This document shows, in pieces, positions 11,747 to 21,873 of a stretch of 64,000 bases of DNA (position 1 is its first letter; each line of letters starts with the position of its first letter). The stretch spans positions 579,083 through 643,082 of the forward strand of contig CAWFBR010000010.1 in assembly GCA_963814125.1 (NCBI GenBank), read 5' to 3'. Position numbers and translations under genes: made by a program. This stretch comes from an uncultured Chloroflexia bacterium (GTDB taxonomy: Bacteria; Chloroflexota; Limnocylindria; Limnocylindrales; CSP1-4). A model generated the notes under the pieces. That model did not search any database. It saw nothing but the letters and a program-made list of their open reading frames with translations, and was not told the origin of the DNA.

Positions 11747-11750
11747 ACTC

Positions 11751-12869
11751 CTAGTCAACGTCGACGGCGGTCTCGATGACCGACTGCGCAGCGGCCGTTT
11801 CCACTACCGCCTGGGCTGTGACCTGCTCGGCGAAGTGGCACGCTGCCAGGTGCCCGCCGGCGAGCTCGCGGAGAGGCGGCTCTTCGGTCGAGCACACCGC
11901 CGGATTGCCGAGGCGCTCCTTCAGCCAGCAGCGGGTGTGGAAACGGCATCCCGACGGAGGGTTCGCAGGCGACGGAACGTCGCCTTTCAGGACCAGCCTC
12001 CTGGTGCGAACGCGCGGATCCGGAACGGGAATGGCGGAGAGAAGCGCGACTGCGTACGGGTGCTGGGGAGTCGCGTACAGAACGTCCGTGTCCGCCACTT
12101 CGACAATCTTGCCGAGATACATGACCCCGATGCGCTCGCAGAAGTACTGGACGACCGACAGGTTGTGGGCGATGAAGAGGTACGTCAGGTTGAACTCCGC
12201 TCGCAGGTCGGAGAGCAGGTTCAGGATCTGCGATTGGATGGAGACGTCCAGAGCGGACACTGGCTCGTCGCAGACGACGAACTCGGGACCGAGGGCCAGA
12301 GCGCGGGCGATACCGATGCGCTGTCGCTGGCCGCCCGAGAACTCGTGCGGATAGCGCCGCGAGTAGTCCCGGCGCAGGCCCACGGCTTCCAGGTAGTCGC
12401 CGACGCGCTGGTCGCGGATCGACCGCTTCCTCCAGCCGTTGGTCTTGTCGCCCTGGGCAAGAAGCCCCTCGCCGATGATGTCGCTGATCGGCATCCGCGG
12501 ATTGAGCGAGCCGTACGGGTCCTGGAAGATGACCTGCATGCGTCGGCGCATCTTCTTCAGGGCGTCGCCGCGCAGGGCCAGGACGTCCTGGCCGTCCATT
12601 GACACGGAACCGGCCGTCGCCTTCTCGAGGCGGAGAATCGTCCGTCCGAAGGTGGTCTTGCCGCAACCCGACTCGCCTACAAGACCGAAGGTCTCGCCCC
12701 TGTAGATCTGGAGGCTTACGTCATCCACGGCGTAGACGCTGCCGACCTGATGGCGGAGCAGCCCGCCCATGATTGGGAAGTACTTCTTGAGGTTGGTCGT
12801 CTCCAGCAGGACCGGCCGAGTCCCGGTGGCGGCGGGAGCCGGAGCGGTTGGCTTCAACGCCTCGGTCAC
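11751..12869 (-). CDS. Oligopeptide/dipeptide ABC transporter ATP-binding protein (OppF-like), operon 2
   Basis: [35 protein letters not shown] and CRFHTRC motifs. The track ORF begins at 12947 but overlaps the upstream ATPase by 77 nt, so the start is probably a GTG just after the upstream stop; the exact start is uncertain. Confidence 0.8.
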   Translation of the reverse strand: MTEALKPTAPAPAATGTRPVLLETTNLKKYFPIMGGLLRHQVGSVYAVDDVSLQIYRGETFGLVGESGCGKTTFGRTILRLEKATAGSVSMDGQDVLALRGDALKKMRRRMQVIFQDPYGSLNPRMPISDIIGEGLLAQGDKTNGWRKRSIRDQRVGDYLEAVGLRRDYSRRYPHEFSGGQRQRIGIARALALGPEFVVCDEPVSALDVSIQSQILNLLSDLRAEFNLTYLFIAHNLSVVQYFCERIGVMYLGKIVEVADTDVLYATPQHPYAVALLSAIPVPDPRVRTRRLVLKGDVPSPANPPSGCRFHTRCWLKERLGNPAVCSTEEPPLRELAGGHLAACHFAEQVTAQAVVETAAAQSVIETAVDVD

Positions 12870-12870
12870 C

Positions 12871-13968
12871 TCAGCCACCAACGCTTTCCATTGTCGCTGC
12901 CACCGACTCCTCGAATGCGTCCCGGCGGCTTGCGCCCTCGGGCGCATGCAGGAAGCAGCGCGACAGCGCGCCGTTGGGAGCCGGCAAGAGATCAGGCTCC
13001 GCGGCTACGCAGGCCTCCCACGCATACGGACACCGCGGCTGGAATTTGCACCCCGGCGGCAGCCGGAACGGGTTGGGTACGACTCCCTTGATCACGGACA
13101 GGGCACGGCCGCGCTTCTTGACGCCCGGAATGGAGTTCAGCAGACCCTGCGTGTAGGGGTGCTGGGGCGAGAGCAGTATCTGGTCGACCGTGCCGGTCTC
13201 CACGATGCGGCCGGCATACATGACCGCGATGGTCTGGACCGTCTCCGCCACGACGGCCAGATCGTGAGTGATGAGCAGCAGCGCCGTTCCGGTCCGCGCC
13301 TGGAGCGCCTTGATGAGTTCCAGGATCTGAGCCTGAATCGTCACGTCCAGGGCCGTAGTGGGCTCGTCGGCGATCACCAGCTTCGGGTTGCAGGACAGGG
13401 CCATGGCGATCATCGCGCGCTGGCGCATGCCGCCAGACAGCTCGTGGGGATACTGCCTCACGCGACGCTCCGGTGCCGATACTCCAACAGCCTGGAGCAA
13501 TTCGATGGCCCGCTTCCTGGCTTCCTTCTTGTCGACGTCGTTGTGGAGAAGGATTGCCTCGCTGATCTGATCCCCGATCGTGAACACCGGATTCAGGCTG
13601 GTCATCGGCTCCTGGAAGATCATCGCGATCTCACCGCCGCGAACATGCCGCATCTCCGAGTCTGGCAGTTTGAGCAGGTCACGGCCGTTGAACCATACCT
13701 CGCCCCCCACGATCTCTCCGGGCGGGATGTCGATGAGCCTCATGATCGAATGGGCGGTCACGCTCTTGCCGCAACCGGACTCGCCCACGAGCCCGACCGT
13801 CCCGCCGGGAGGGATTGAGAAGTCGACTCCGTCCACGGCTTTGACCGTGCCGTCCATCACGTGGAAGTAGGTCCGCAAGCCGCGGACATCGAGGAGGGCG
13901 TCGCCGGGCGTCGCGGCGCCCGGATCGGCCAGGCCGGTGGTGGTGACGGTGGGAGGCGTTGTGCTCAC
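12871..13968 (-). CDS. Oligopeptide/dipeptide ABC transporter ATP-binding protein (OppD-like), operon 2
   Basis: [35 protein letters not shown] and the C-terminal CKFQPRC motif. Confidence 0.85.
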   Translation of the reverse strand: MSTTPPTVTTTGLADPGAATPGDALLDVRGLRTYFHVMDGTVKAVDGVDFSIPPGGTVGLVGESGCGKSVTAHSIMRLIDIPPGEIVGGEVWFNGRDLLKLPDSEMRHVRGGEIAMIFQEPMTSLNPVFTIGDQISEAILLHNDVDKKEARKRAIELLQAVGVSAPERRVRQYPHELSGGMRQRAMIAMALSCNPKLVIADEPTTALDVTIQAQILELIKALQARTGTALLLITHDLAVVAETVQTIAVMYAGRIVETGTVDQILLSPQHPYTQGLLNSIPGVKKRGRALSVIKGVVPNPFRLPPGCKFQPRCPYAWEACVAAEPDLLPAPNGALSRCFLHAPEGASRRDAFEESVAATMESVGG

Positions 13969-14924
13969 TCGCGGCTCCTCGGATCGAGGGCGTCACGTAG
14001 GCCGTCGCCCATGAAGTTGATCCCGAGCACCGTCAGTACGATGGCCAAGCCCGGGAAGAGCGGCCACCACCAGTTGCCGACGAGGATGTCGGTCTGCGCG
14101 TTGCTGAGGATGTTGCCCCAGGTCGGCTGGTAGGCGGCGTTCACGCCGAACCCGAGGTAGCTCACGAATGCCTCGGTCACGATGAAGGCCGCGACAGAGA
14201 GCGTTGTAACGACGATGATCGGGCTCATCGCGTTGGGCAGGATGTGCCGGAAGATGATGCGCATGTCGCTCACGCCAACGGCTCGAGCGGCGTCGACGAA
14301 GACCTCGGTCCGGAGAGTCAGGAAGAGGCTCCGGACCAGCCTGGCGATGGATGGCCAGCCCAGCACGCCAAATACGATCAGGATCACTCGCCAGTCGCCG
14401 TACCCGAACACCTTGGCGAAGACGATGATCACGAAGAGAAGCGGCAGGCTCAGCAGGACGTCCACCAGGCGCATGAGGATCGTGTCCACCCAGCCGCCGA
14501 AGTACCCGGACACGCCACCGACGATGGCGCCCAGCACCGACGCAAACATCGCGGCACCGATTCCGATGGTGAGCGAGAGTCTCGCGCCGTTCACAACCAG
14601 AGTCAGCAGGTCCTCCTGCGTTCCGCCGACGGTGCCGAGAATGTGGCCGTCGTTGAGCGGCGGGCAACCGAGATTGGCTGAAATTGTGGTGCCCGGGCAG
14701 AACTTCATCGGGTATGGGACGTTCGTCGCCTCGTACGGCAGGATGAACGGCCCAACAATGGCGATCGCTACCATCGTAAAGAACATCACCGCGCCGAACA
14801 TGGCCAGCTTGTGCCGCCGAAAGCGCCGCCAGGCAAGCTGCCATTGGTTGAGTGATACGAGGGCGACTTCGAAGTCGGCCGGCGATGTCGAGTCTTCGAA
14901 ATCAACATGAGGGGTCTGATTCAC
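13965..14924 (-). CDS. ABC transporter permease (OppC-like), operon 2
   Basis: Multi-TM protein with an EAA loop ([22 protein letters not shown]). It overlaps the downstream ATPase by 4 bp. Confidence 0.85.
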   Translation of the reverse strand: MNQTPHVDFEDSTSPADFEVALVSLNQWQLAWRRFRRHKLAMFGAVMFFTMVAIAIVGPFILPYEATNVPYPMKFCPGTTISANLGCPPLNDGHILGTVGGTQEDLLTLVVNGARLSLTIGIGAAMFASVLGAIVGGVSGYFGGWVDTILMRLVDVLLSLPLLFVIIVFAKVFGYGDWRVILIVFGVLGWPSIARLVRSLFLTLRTEVFVDAARAVGVSDMRIIFRHILPNAMSPIIVVTTLSVAAFIVTEAFVSYLGFGVNAAYQPTWGNILSNAQTDILVGNWWWPLFPGLAIVLTVLGINFMGDGLRDALDPRSRE

Positions 14925-14933
14925 TGAGTCGTC

Positions 14934-16001
14934 CTAGTCGTACTTGACGCGTGGATCGACCACCGCGTAAAGGATGTCGGCCAGGAGATTGGCCATAACA
15001 ATGGAGACGGCCGCGATCAGGAGAATCCCCATCAATATCGGGTAATCCGTGTGACCGACCGACTCGATGAACTGACGGCCCATGCCAGGCCAGGCGAAGA
15101 TGGTCTCCGTCACGATGGCCCCGCTGAACAGGAACGGGATCTCCAGCCCGATGTTCGTTATCACCGGCAGTAGCGCATTGCGGAGCGCATGTCGAAGAAT
15201 GACTCGCCGCTCGGGCACGCCCTTCGCCCGCGCTGTCTTGACGTAGTCCTGATTGAGCGAGTCCAGCATGCTGGATCTGACGAATCTCGAATCGCCCGCA
15301 ATACTCACGGTGACGATCGTCAGGACCGGCAAGACCAGATGTCGGCCCAGATCGAAAATGGCGAAGAACGGGTTCTGGCCGAAGAACACCCAGTAGCTGT
15401 CCGTTCCGAAGGCCGGCGTGGTGTAGACGTCGTTCATCCCGCTGGCCGGGAACCATCGTAATGGAGGGACGGACAGGAACGTGATGAGCATCAGCCCGAG
15501 CCAGAAGGTCGGCAGCGAGTAGCCGACGTAGTTGAAGATGGTCAAGCTCGAGTCGAACAGGCTATAACGCTTCACTGCCGCGTAGACACCGGCGAGAATC
15601 GCGATCGTGACCCATATCAGATACGCCGTTACCGTCAGGATAAGAGTCGGAAGCATCCGCTGGGCGATTACGTCGGTGACCAACCGACCGTCGTAGATCG
15701 AGTACCCCAGGTCACCGTGCAGAATGCCGTTGTCGCCGCCTCCCAGAGCCGGCGGCAGGGCGTTGATCAGAAATGGCTTGTCGCCGCAAACGCCCAGCCA
15801 CTTGCAGTACTGAATCGGAAGCGGATCGTCCAGACCCCAACGGTGCTTGAACGCGGCAATCTGCTCGACGGTGATTTTGGGGTTGTTGCCAAACCGATCA
15901 GCCGGATTGCCCTGAACGTGCATCAACGCGAACGTGAAGACGGTTATGAAGAACAGAACCGGGACCGCCTGGATGAAGCGCCTGACGATGTACTTAAGCA
16001 T
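14934..16001 (-). CDS. ABC transporter permease (OppB-like), operon 2
   Basis: Start taken at the internal MLKYIVRRFIQAVPVLFF (OppB-type N-terminus); EAA loop TARAKGVPERRVILRHALRNAL. Confidence 0.85.
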   Translation of the reverse strand: MLKYIVRRFIQAVPVLFFITVFTFALMHVQGNPADRFGNNPKITVEQIAAFKHRWGLDDPLPIQYCKWLGVCGDKPFLINALPPALGGGDNGILHGDLGYSIYDGRLVTDVIAQRMLPTLILTVTAYLIWVTIAILAGVYAAVKRYSLFDSSLTIFNYVGYSLPTFWLGLMLITFLSVPPLRWFPASGMNDVYTTPAFGTDSYWVFFGQNPFFAIFDLGRHLVLPVLTIVTVSIAGDSRFVRSSMLDSLNQDYVKTARAKGVPERRVILRHALRNALLPVITNIGLEIPFLFSGAIVTETIFAWPGMGRQFIESVGHTDYPILMGILLIAAVSIVMANLLADILYAVVDPRVKYD

Positions 16002-16095
16002 GGAACTCGCTCGTGTGTACAAGAGGGCGACGAGCCCGCCGGGCCCGCCGCCCTCCCCGTTATCGAGAACTAGGTCTGTCGGCAGATCCTGTAGG

Positions 16096-17766
16096 TCAGT
16101 CGGCAGTCCAGTCGCCGATGTTCCACTCGCCGGCCGACGTGGTCGGGTTGCCGGTGAAGTTGTGGATCCTCGGCTTCACGAGCCACACATCCTTGCGCAT
16201 GTACAGCGGCAGCTCGTAGGTATTCTGGTCGGAGACGTAGATATCTTGGACCTTCCACATGGCGGCCTTGACAACAGTCGGATCCACCGAATTCTTGACG
16301 GCATTGTATGCGTCGTCAAGAGCCGGCAGGTTGGTCCGCGTGATGTTCTGACCGTTGTGCGGTGGGTTATCGGGAATGCCAACGCTGTTGTAGACGTTGT
16401 ATCCACCATTCGGGTCGAGAGGCGACACGTATGCGAACTCAGCCACGTCGAAGTTGCCGTGCTGGAGGTTGCACTTCGTGTCGTCCTTGACGTCGTTCCA
16501 GCCACCGAACACATCGCCGGCCGGGGCAGCGGTGACGTCGGCCTTAATGCCGATGGCCTTGAGCTGTGTAGCGACGAGCTTCAGCGTGTCCTCGCGGACC
16601 TGCCGGGTGGTGGTGCAGTAGCTCAGCTCGAGCGTCTTGCCGCCCTTGGCCAGGTAGCCGTCTGAGCCGAGGGCCCAACCGGCGCCCGTTAGAAGCGCGG
16701 TCGCGGCTGCCGGATCGGCCGTCGTCGAGCCGCCAAGGGGCTTGTAGTACCAGGTCAAGGGGGAGATGAAGTTGTTGGTCACGACGACGTTGCCGCCGAG
16801 CGGGCCAGCCGCGATAGCCTCACGGTCGGTCGCCAGTTTGATGGCCTTAACGATGGTCGTGTAGTCGGAACCGAACTTGTCCGACAGCGACTTGCTATTG
16901 AAGGCGTGGAGCTCGTAAGTCAGCGAGTCATGGATGATCTGCTCGCCCTGATCGATGCCCGCGAGAGACGGGATGTCGGAGTCGTTGAGATCCTGAGCGA
17001 TATCGTACTCGCCGGCCTTGTAGCCCTGGAGCATCGTCGCCGCGTCCGCGTAGTACTTCCAAATCACCTGGTCGACGTACGGAGCGTGGCCGCTGATCGT
17101 GGACCACTTGCTGTTCGCGACGGTGGTGATCTGCGCGTCAGCCTGAGCCTCGGTCGGGATGTACGACCCGTCGTACACGCCGGACTTGAGGTCGTCCATC
17201 GGGTACAGCTTGGTCGGAGCATCTTTGACGGGGATGCTCTGGATGTACTTGGCCGGGAGCAGCGGCGCGACGAGGTAGAGATAGCCCTCGTACACCTTGC
17301 TGAAGTGCATCACGCACGTCGTGCCGGAGCCGCCATCCACGCCGGAGATGTCCTCCCAACCGATGGTGCCCCCGGCAAGGCCCGTGTTGTCCGGATCCAT
17401 GATCCATTTCCACGTGCCGGCGAGGTCGTCACAGTTGATGTCGCTGCCGTCGGACCACTGCATGCCCGACTTGAGCTTCCAGGTCACGTCCATGCCGGAA
17501 CCGACCATCTTGACGTCGCCGTTGGCGAGAGTCGGCACTTCGGTGACGAGAGTCGGGATCGTGCGCAGGTCGGGCGTGACGTCGACCAGGCTGTGGAACA
17601 TGCTGCCAGAGACTTCGATATCCGTCTCCGCCTGGGCGAAGTACGGGTTGATCGTATCCGGGTACTGCCACTCGGCAAGGACGATCTTCTTGGTGGGCGT
17701 GCTGGATGAGCAACCTGCCGCTACCAGCGCACCTATGGCGAGAACGCCACATAGACGTTTAAACAT
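16096..17766 (-). CDS. ABC transporter substrate-binding lipoprotein, family 5, operon 2 SBP-b
   Basis: Start MFKRLCGVLAIGALVAAGC (lipobox) with RBS GGAGG. It is paralogous to 18415-20211 (shared KIVLAEWQYP...MFD.L..VTPDLR...NFTGN...GEWNIGDW) and has noticeably lower GC than its surroundings. Confidence 0.8.
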   Translation of the reverse strand: MFKRLCGVLAIGALVAAGCSSSTPTKKIVLAEWQYPDTINPYFAQAETDIEVSGSMFHSLVDVTPDLRTIPTLVTEVPTLANGDVKMVGSGMDVTWKLKSGMQWSDGSDINCDDLAGTWKWIMDPDNTGLAGGTIGWEDISGVDGGSGTTCVMHFSKVYEGYLYLVAPLLPAKYIQSIPVKDAPTKLYPMDDLKSGVYDGSYIPTEAQADAQITTVANSKWSTISGHAPYVDQVIWKYYADAATMLQGYKAGEYDIAQDLNDSDIPSLAGIDQGEQIIHDSLTYELHAFNSKSLSDKFGSDYTTIVKAIKLATDREAIAAGPLGGNVVVTNNFISPLTWYYKPLGGSTTADPAAATALLTGAGWALGSDGYLAKGGKTLELSYCTTTRQVREDTLKLVATQLKAIGIKADVTAAPAGDVFGGWNDVKDDTKCNLQHGNFDVAEFAYVSPLDPNGGYNVYNSVGIPDNPPHNGQNITRTNLPALDDAYNAVKNSVDPTVVKAAMWKVQDIYVSDQNTYELPLYMRKDVWLVKPRIHNFTGNPTTSAGEWNIGDWTAD

Positions 17767-17897
17767 CCATCCGCCTCCAACTCAATCCGCATGGTTCCGG
17801 GGAGCATCCCCGGGCTACCCCCACCGCAGCCTTTTCACACCTGGTCCGCGGCAAGGAAGGGCTCGTCTCCTGGTGCCAGGCCGACGACACTCGCCCT

Positions 17898-17926
17898 ACT
17901 ATGGAGAGGGGCCAAAGGGGTGTCAA
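17898..17926 (-). promoter_or_regulatory. Putative internal promoter for the second SBP gene of operon 2, with the same -35/-10 hexamers
   Basis: Sense reads TTGACAcccctttggcccctctcCATAGT, about 130 nt upstream of the ATG at 17766. A 7-bp stem-loop CCGGGGA-tgc-TCCCCGG lies in the 5' UTR. Confidence 0.4.
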
Positions 17927-18414
17927 TCGGCCGTCGGCATAGCTACCCTATCGAGTGACCAGTCGTCCTACCGGCACCTCCTCGAACTGATGGATCTGGA
18001 CCTTCGCGTCGGCGGCCCACCTTCTCCGGGTGCAGGTGCCCTGTATCACGGGACGCTTGCGGAGCGGGCCAGTCACACGTTGTCGGTCCTTGTGACGAAC
18101 CTAACGGCGCGGCGAAGGTGAGGTGACTACTGCGCGATGCGAGCGGCCGGGACTCCAAACTCGCTCTCTGGGCCGCTCGCGGGAGCTTGCTTGGTGCTTC
18201 GCCAGCGCCCGCGCGCGTACGATACACCTTGCATAACAACCTGGATGGGCCAGTTAGGACCGGCCAGATCGAAGGCTCGTCGGGGTATGCATCCGCACAG
18301 CGATCGGAGGTCGCGTAACCGAGGCGCGGTTCCGGGTTGGCCGTTCGGGCGTGTCTCGTGGCCGGGCGGGCGGATGACGGCCCCGCCGCGCGTCGCCTGG
18401 CTCCGTCATCACCA

Positions 18415-20211
18415 TCAGCCGACCCACCAATCTCCGATGTTCCACTCCCCGCCGGCAGCTGTCGCGTTGCCCGTGAAGTTGCGGAGCTGGGGACCGACGA
18501 GCCAGACGTCCTTGCGGAAGTACAGCGGCAATTCATACGAGTTCTTGTCGGAGCCGTAGACATCCTGAATGGCGAACATGGCATCCCGAATCTGGCCGAA
18601 GTCCACGCTCCCCTCGACGGTGCCGTACGCCTTGTCGAGGGCAGGGATGTTGACCCGAGTCACGTTCTCCCCGGTGTTCGGTGGGTTGTCCGGGATCTCG
18701 TCGGACCGGTACGCACGGTACTGAAGCAGCGGATCCATCGGAGACCATGCGTAGGAGAACTCGGCCACATCGAAGTTGCCGTGACTGAGATTGCACTGCG
18801 TGTCCGGCTTACTGGCGGTCCAGGAGCCGAAGACATCAGAAGACGGTTTCGTGTTCACGTCCACCTTGATGCCGATCGCCTTGAGCTGGGAGGCTACGAG
18901 CTTGAGCGTGTCCAGTCGGACCGGCGAACCGTCCGTGCAATAGGCCAGCTCGAGGAGCGTGGTCTGCTTCGACAGGTAGCCGTCCGCGTTCTTGCTCCAC
19001 CCGGCGTTGGCGAGGAGCGTGGAGGCTGAGGTCGGATCGGCCGTAAGGGAGCCACCGACGTCCTTGTAGTACCAGGCGAGCGGCGAGACAAAGTCGTTGC
19101 TCAGCGTAACGTTGCCGGCAAGCGGCCCGCTGGCGATGGCCTGGCGGTCCGTCGCGAGTTTGATGGCCCCGATGATGATCGGGGCGTCAGATCCGAACTT
19201 GTCCTTGAGGCCGGCGTTGTTGAATGCGAGGAGTTCGTAGGCCAGCGAGTCGTGGATCACCGTCTGGCTAGGGTTGATGCCCGCCAGAGATGGGATGTCG
19301 GCGTTGCCAAGACCCTGGCCGACGTCATACCTCCCGGCGTTGAAGCCGGTGATCATCGTGGCCGGGTCCGCGTAGTACTCCCACGTGACCGACTGAAGCC
19401 AGGGAGCGTGGCCGCTGATGGTTTCCCAGTTAGGGTTCGGGGTCAGGGTGACCTGCGAGCGGGCTTTGGCGGCTGTCGGGATGTACGGGCCGCTGTACAC
19501 GCCGGAACTCGGATCGTTCAGCGGATACAGCTTTGTGTGAGCGTCCTTCACCGGGACCGTGGTGATGTAGTGAGCGGGAAGCACCGCCGAAATCAGGCCG
19601 AGGTAGCCCTCGTAAATCCTGGAGTAGTGAATCACGCACCTTGTGCCGGTCCCCCCGTCGATGCCCGAGATATCCTCCCAGCCGGCGGTGCCGCCGGCGA
19701 GGCCGGAGTTGGCCGGATCCATGTTCCACGTCCAGGTTGCCTTGAGATCGTCACAGCTGATCGGCTGGCCGTCGGACCACTGCATGCCGGGCTTCAGATT
19801 GAAGGTCACGTCCATGCCGCCGCCCTTGAGGACGACGCCGCCGTTGTCGATGGTCGGGACGTCCAGCGCAAGGTCCGGGGCATAGCGCAGGTCGGGAGTG
19901 ACCGTAAGCAGGCCATCGAACATGCTCGCCGTGACCTCGGAGTCGGCCCGGAGTAGCCCGAAATACGGAACGAACGTTGACGGATACTGCCATTCGGCAA
20001 GAACTATCTTGGCGCCGGTGGCGGCGGCCGGCGTGGCCTTGTATGACGACCCCGTCAGCAGGGCCGCCACGGGCATCGTCGAGGGAGCGGAAGTGGCCGT
20101 GTTCTGGGTCAGCGTGGGTGCCGTCCCGGGCGGGAGCGTGCCAGTGGACGACGAACACGCGCTCGCTGCCAGGAGCCCAACCGTGAGCACGCTGCCTAGA
20201 CGTTGACGCAT
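18415..20211 (-). CDS. ABC transporter substrate-binding lipoprotein, family 5, operon 2 SBP-a
   Basis: Start moved to the internal ATG (MRQRLGSVLTVGLLAASAC, lipobox), which has RBS AGGGAGG upstream. The N-terminal 37 aa of the track ORF is a spurious extension. Confidence 0.8.
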   Translation of the reverse strand: MRQRLGSVLTVGLLAASACSSSTGTLPPGTAPTLTQNTATSAPSTMPVAALLTGSSYKATPAAATGAKIVLAEWQYPSTFVPYFGLLRADSEVTASMFDGLLTVTPDLRYAPDLALDVPTIDNGGVVLKGGGMDVTFNLKPGMQWSDGQPISCDDLKATWTWNMDPANSGLAGGTAGWEDISGIDGGTGTRCVIHYSRIYEGYLGLISAVLPAHYITTVPVKDAHTKLYPLNDPSSGVYSGPYIPTAAKARSQVTLTPNPNWETISGHAPWLQSVTWEYYADPATMITGFNAGRYDVGQGLGNADIPSLAGINPSQTVIHDSLAYELLAFNNAGLKDKFGSDAPIIIGAIKLATDRQAIASGPLAGNVTLSNDFVSPLAWYYKDVGGSLTADPTSASTLLANAGWSKNADGYLSKQTTLLELAYCTDGSPVRLDTLKLVASQLKAIGIKVDVNTKPSSDVFGSWTASKPDTQCNLSHGNFDVAEFSYAWSPMDPLLQYRAYRSDEIPDNPPNTGENVTRVNIPALDKAYGTVEGSVDFGQIRDAMFAIQDVYGSDKNSYELPLYFRKDVWLVGPQLRNFTGNATAAGGEWNIGDWWVG

Positions 20212-20330
20212 CCGCGCGCCTCCCTGACGAGCCCAGCCCGAGTGCCGTGGCCGGCGCGCCCCCCGTGACGGCCGGATACCGACATCACCGCACCCTGGCA
20301 TGGCGGACTCTCGGGACGTCATCCGACCGG

Positions 20331-20359
20331 ACTATGCCCAGACGGGATTGGAGTGTCAA
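20331..20359 (-). promoter_or_regulatory. Putative sigma-70-type promoter of ABC operon 2 (TTGACA-N17-CATAGT)
   Basis: Minus-strand sense reads gtTTGACActccaatcccgtctgggCATAGTccgg, about 115 nt upstream of the SBP ATG at 20211. Confidence 0.4.
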
Positions 20360-20373
20360 ACGAGACGCGGCGC

Positions 20374-21873
20374 TCAGTCGGGACAGGGCGTCTGACTTCC
20401 GGTCATCGTTCCCCACCTGAGGTTGGGTTGGCGCGCAGCCGTCGTCTCGTCCAGCCGCCGGACAGGCGAGCCGTGTGGGGCCGAATGCAGCAACTCCGGA
20501 TCGTCGTGGGCCTCGGCGACGATGTGCCGGAGCGCCTCGACGAACGCATCGAGCGTCTCGAGAGCCTCGGTCTCGGTCGGTTCGATCAGGAGCGCCTCCT
20601 CCACGGTCAGAGGAAAGTAGATCGTCGGCGGATGGAAGCCGTAGTCGATGAGGCGCTTGGCCACGTCCAGCGTGCGAATACCCGTCTCCGACTTGAGGGT
20701 CACGGCCGAAGCCACGAATTCGTGCATGCAGTGCCGTTCGAACGGCACATCCAGAATGCCGGTCAGGCGGGTCTTGAGATAGTTGGCCGCCAGCACCGCG
20801 TCCTCGCTCACCTCGCACAATCCTTGCGCGCCGTGGGCGCGAATGTAAGCGTACGCACGGACCAGGACTCCGGCGTTGCCGGCGAAGGCCCGCACCCGGC
20901 CGATGCTCTGCGGCCGCTCTCCGGGCCTCTCCAGGCGGAAGCTCCCATCGGCCTCGCGAAGAACCCGGGGCGAGGGCAGGAACGGCATCAGCTTCTCCCC
21001 TACCCCGACCGGTCCCGCACCGGGCCCACCTCCGCCATGGGGCGTGGCGAAGGTCTTGTGGACGTTGATGTGCATCACGTCGAAGCCGGCCTCACCGGGC
21101 TTGAAGCGACCCATGATGGCGTTCAGATTCGCGCCGTCCATGTAGGCCAGAGCGCCGGCCGAATGAACGGCTTCGAGCAGCTCACGCAGGCGCGACTCGA
21201 ACAGGCCGAGGGTCGATGGATTGGTGATCATTACCGCGGCCGTACTGGGCCCGAGGGCGGCGGTGAAAGCCGCGATGTCGACGCCGCCGTCGGGGGCGGA
21301 TGGAATGGTGATCGTACGGAAGCCGGCCATCGAGGCGGTAGCGGGGTTGGTGCCGTGAGCCGAGTCCGGGACGAGGACCTCGGTCCGCCCGAAGTCACCG
21401 CGCCCGTGATGGTAGGCCCGGACCATGAGGATGCCAGTGAGTTCGCCCTGGGCGCCGGCCGCTGGCTGAAGCGTCACGGCCTTCATGCCGCCGATCTCGG
21501 CGAGCGCCTGCTCGAGCTCCCAGAGCAACTGCAGCGTGCCCTGGGCCAGTTCGTCCGGAGCCAGAGGGTGCAAGGACGCGAAGCCCGGCAGCCGGGCCGC
21601 CCATTCGTCGATCTTGGGGTTGTACTTCATCGTGCACGAGCCGAGCGGATAGAAGCCCGTGTCGATGGCGTAGTTGAGCTGCGAGAGGTTGACGTAGTGG
21701 CGGGTAAGCTCCGGCTCCGAGACCTCCGGCAGCCTGGGCCCCTGCGCGCGCAGTTGAGCGGCGGGGATACGGGCGAGGGCATCCTTCGGCGGATGCGGGA
21801 TCTTTCCGCCGCCGCGCCCGGGTCGGGAGCGCTCGAACAGCGTGGGACCGAGGCGATCGCCGGCAGCGGTCAT
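20374..21873 (-). CDS. gcvPB: Glycine dehydrogenase (decarboxylating) subunit 2
   Basis: Start at the internal ATG that overlaps the gcvPA stop (ATGA). PLP-dependent GDC-P C-terminal half: ...HINVHKTFATPHGGGGPG... Confidence 0.85.
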   Translation of the reverse strand: MTAAGDRLGPTLFERSRPGRGGGKIPHPPKDALARIPAAQLRAQGPRLPEVSEPELTRHYVNLSQLNYAIDTGFYPLGSCTMKYNPKIDEWAARLPGFASLHPLAPDELAQGTLQLLWELEQALAEIGGMKAVTLQPAAGAQGELTGILMVRAYHHGRGDFGRTEVLVPDSAHGTNPATASMAGFRTITIPSAPDGGVDIAAFTAALGPSTAAVMITNPSTLGLFESRLRELLEAVHSAGALAYMDGANLNAIMGRFKPGEAGFDVMHINVHKTFATPHGGGGPGAGPVGVGEKLMPFLPSPRVLREADGSFRLERPGERPQSIGRVRAFAGNAGVLVRAYAYIRAHGAQGLCEVSEDAVLAANYLKTRLTGILDVPFERHCMHEFVASAVTLKSETGIRTLDVAKRLIDYGFHPPTIYFPLTVEEALLIEPTETEALETLDAFVEALRHIVAEAHDDPELLHSAPHGSPVRRLDETTAARQPNLRWGTMTGSQTPCPD

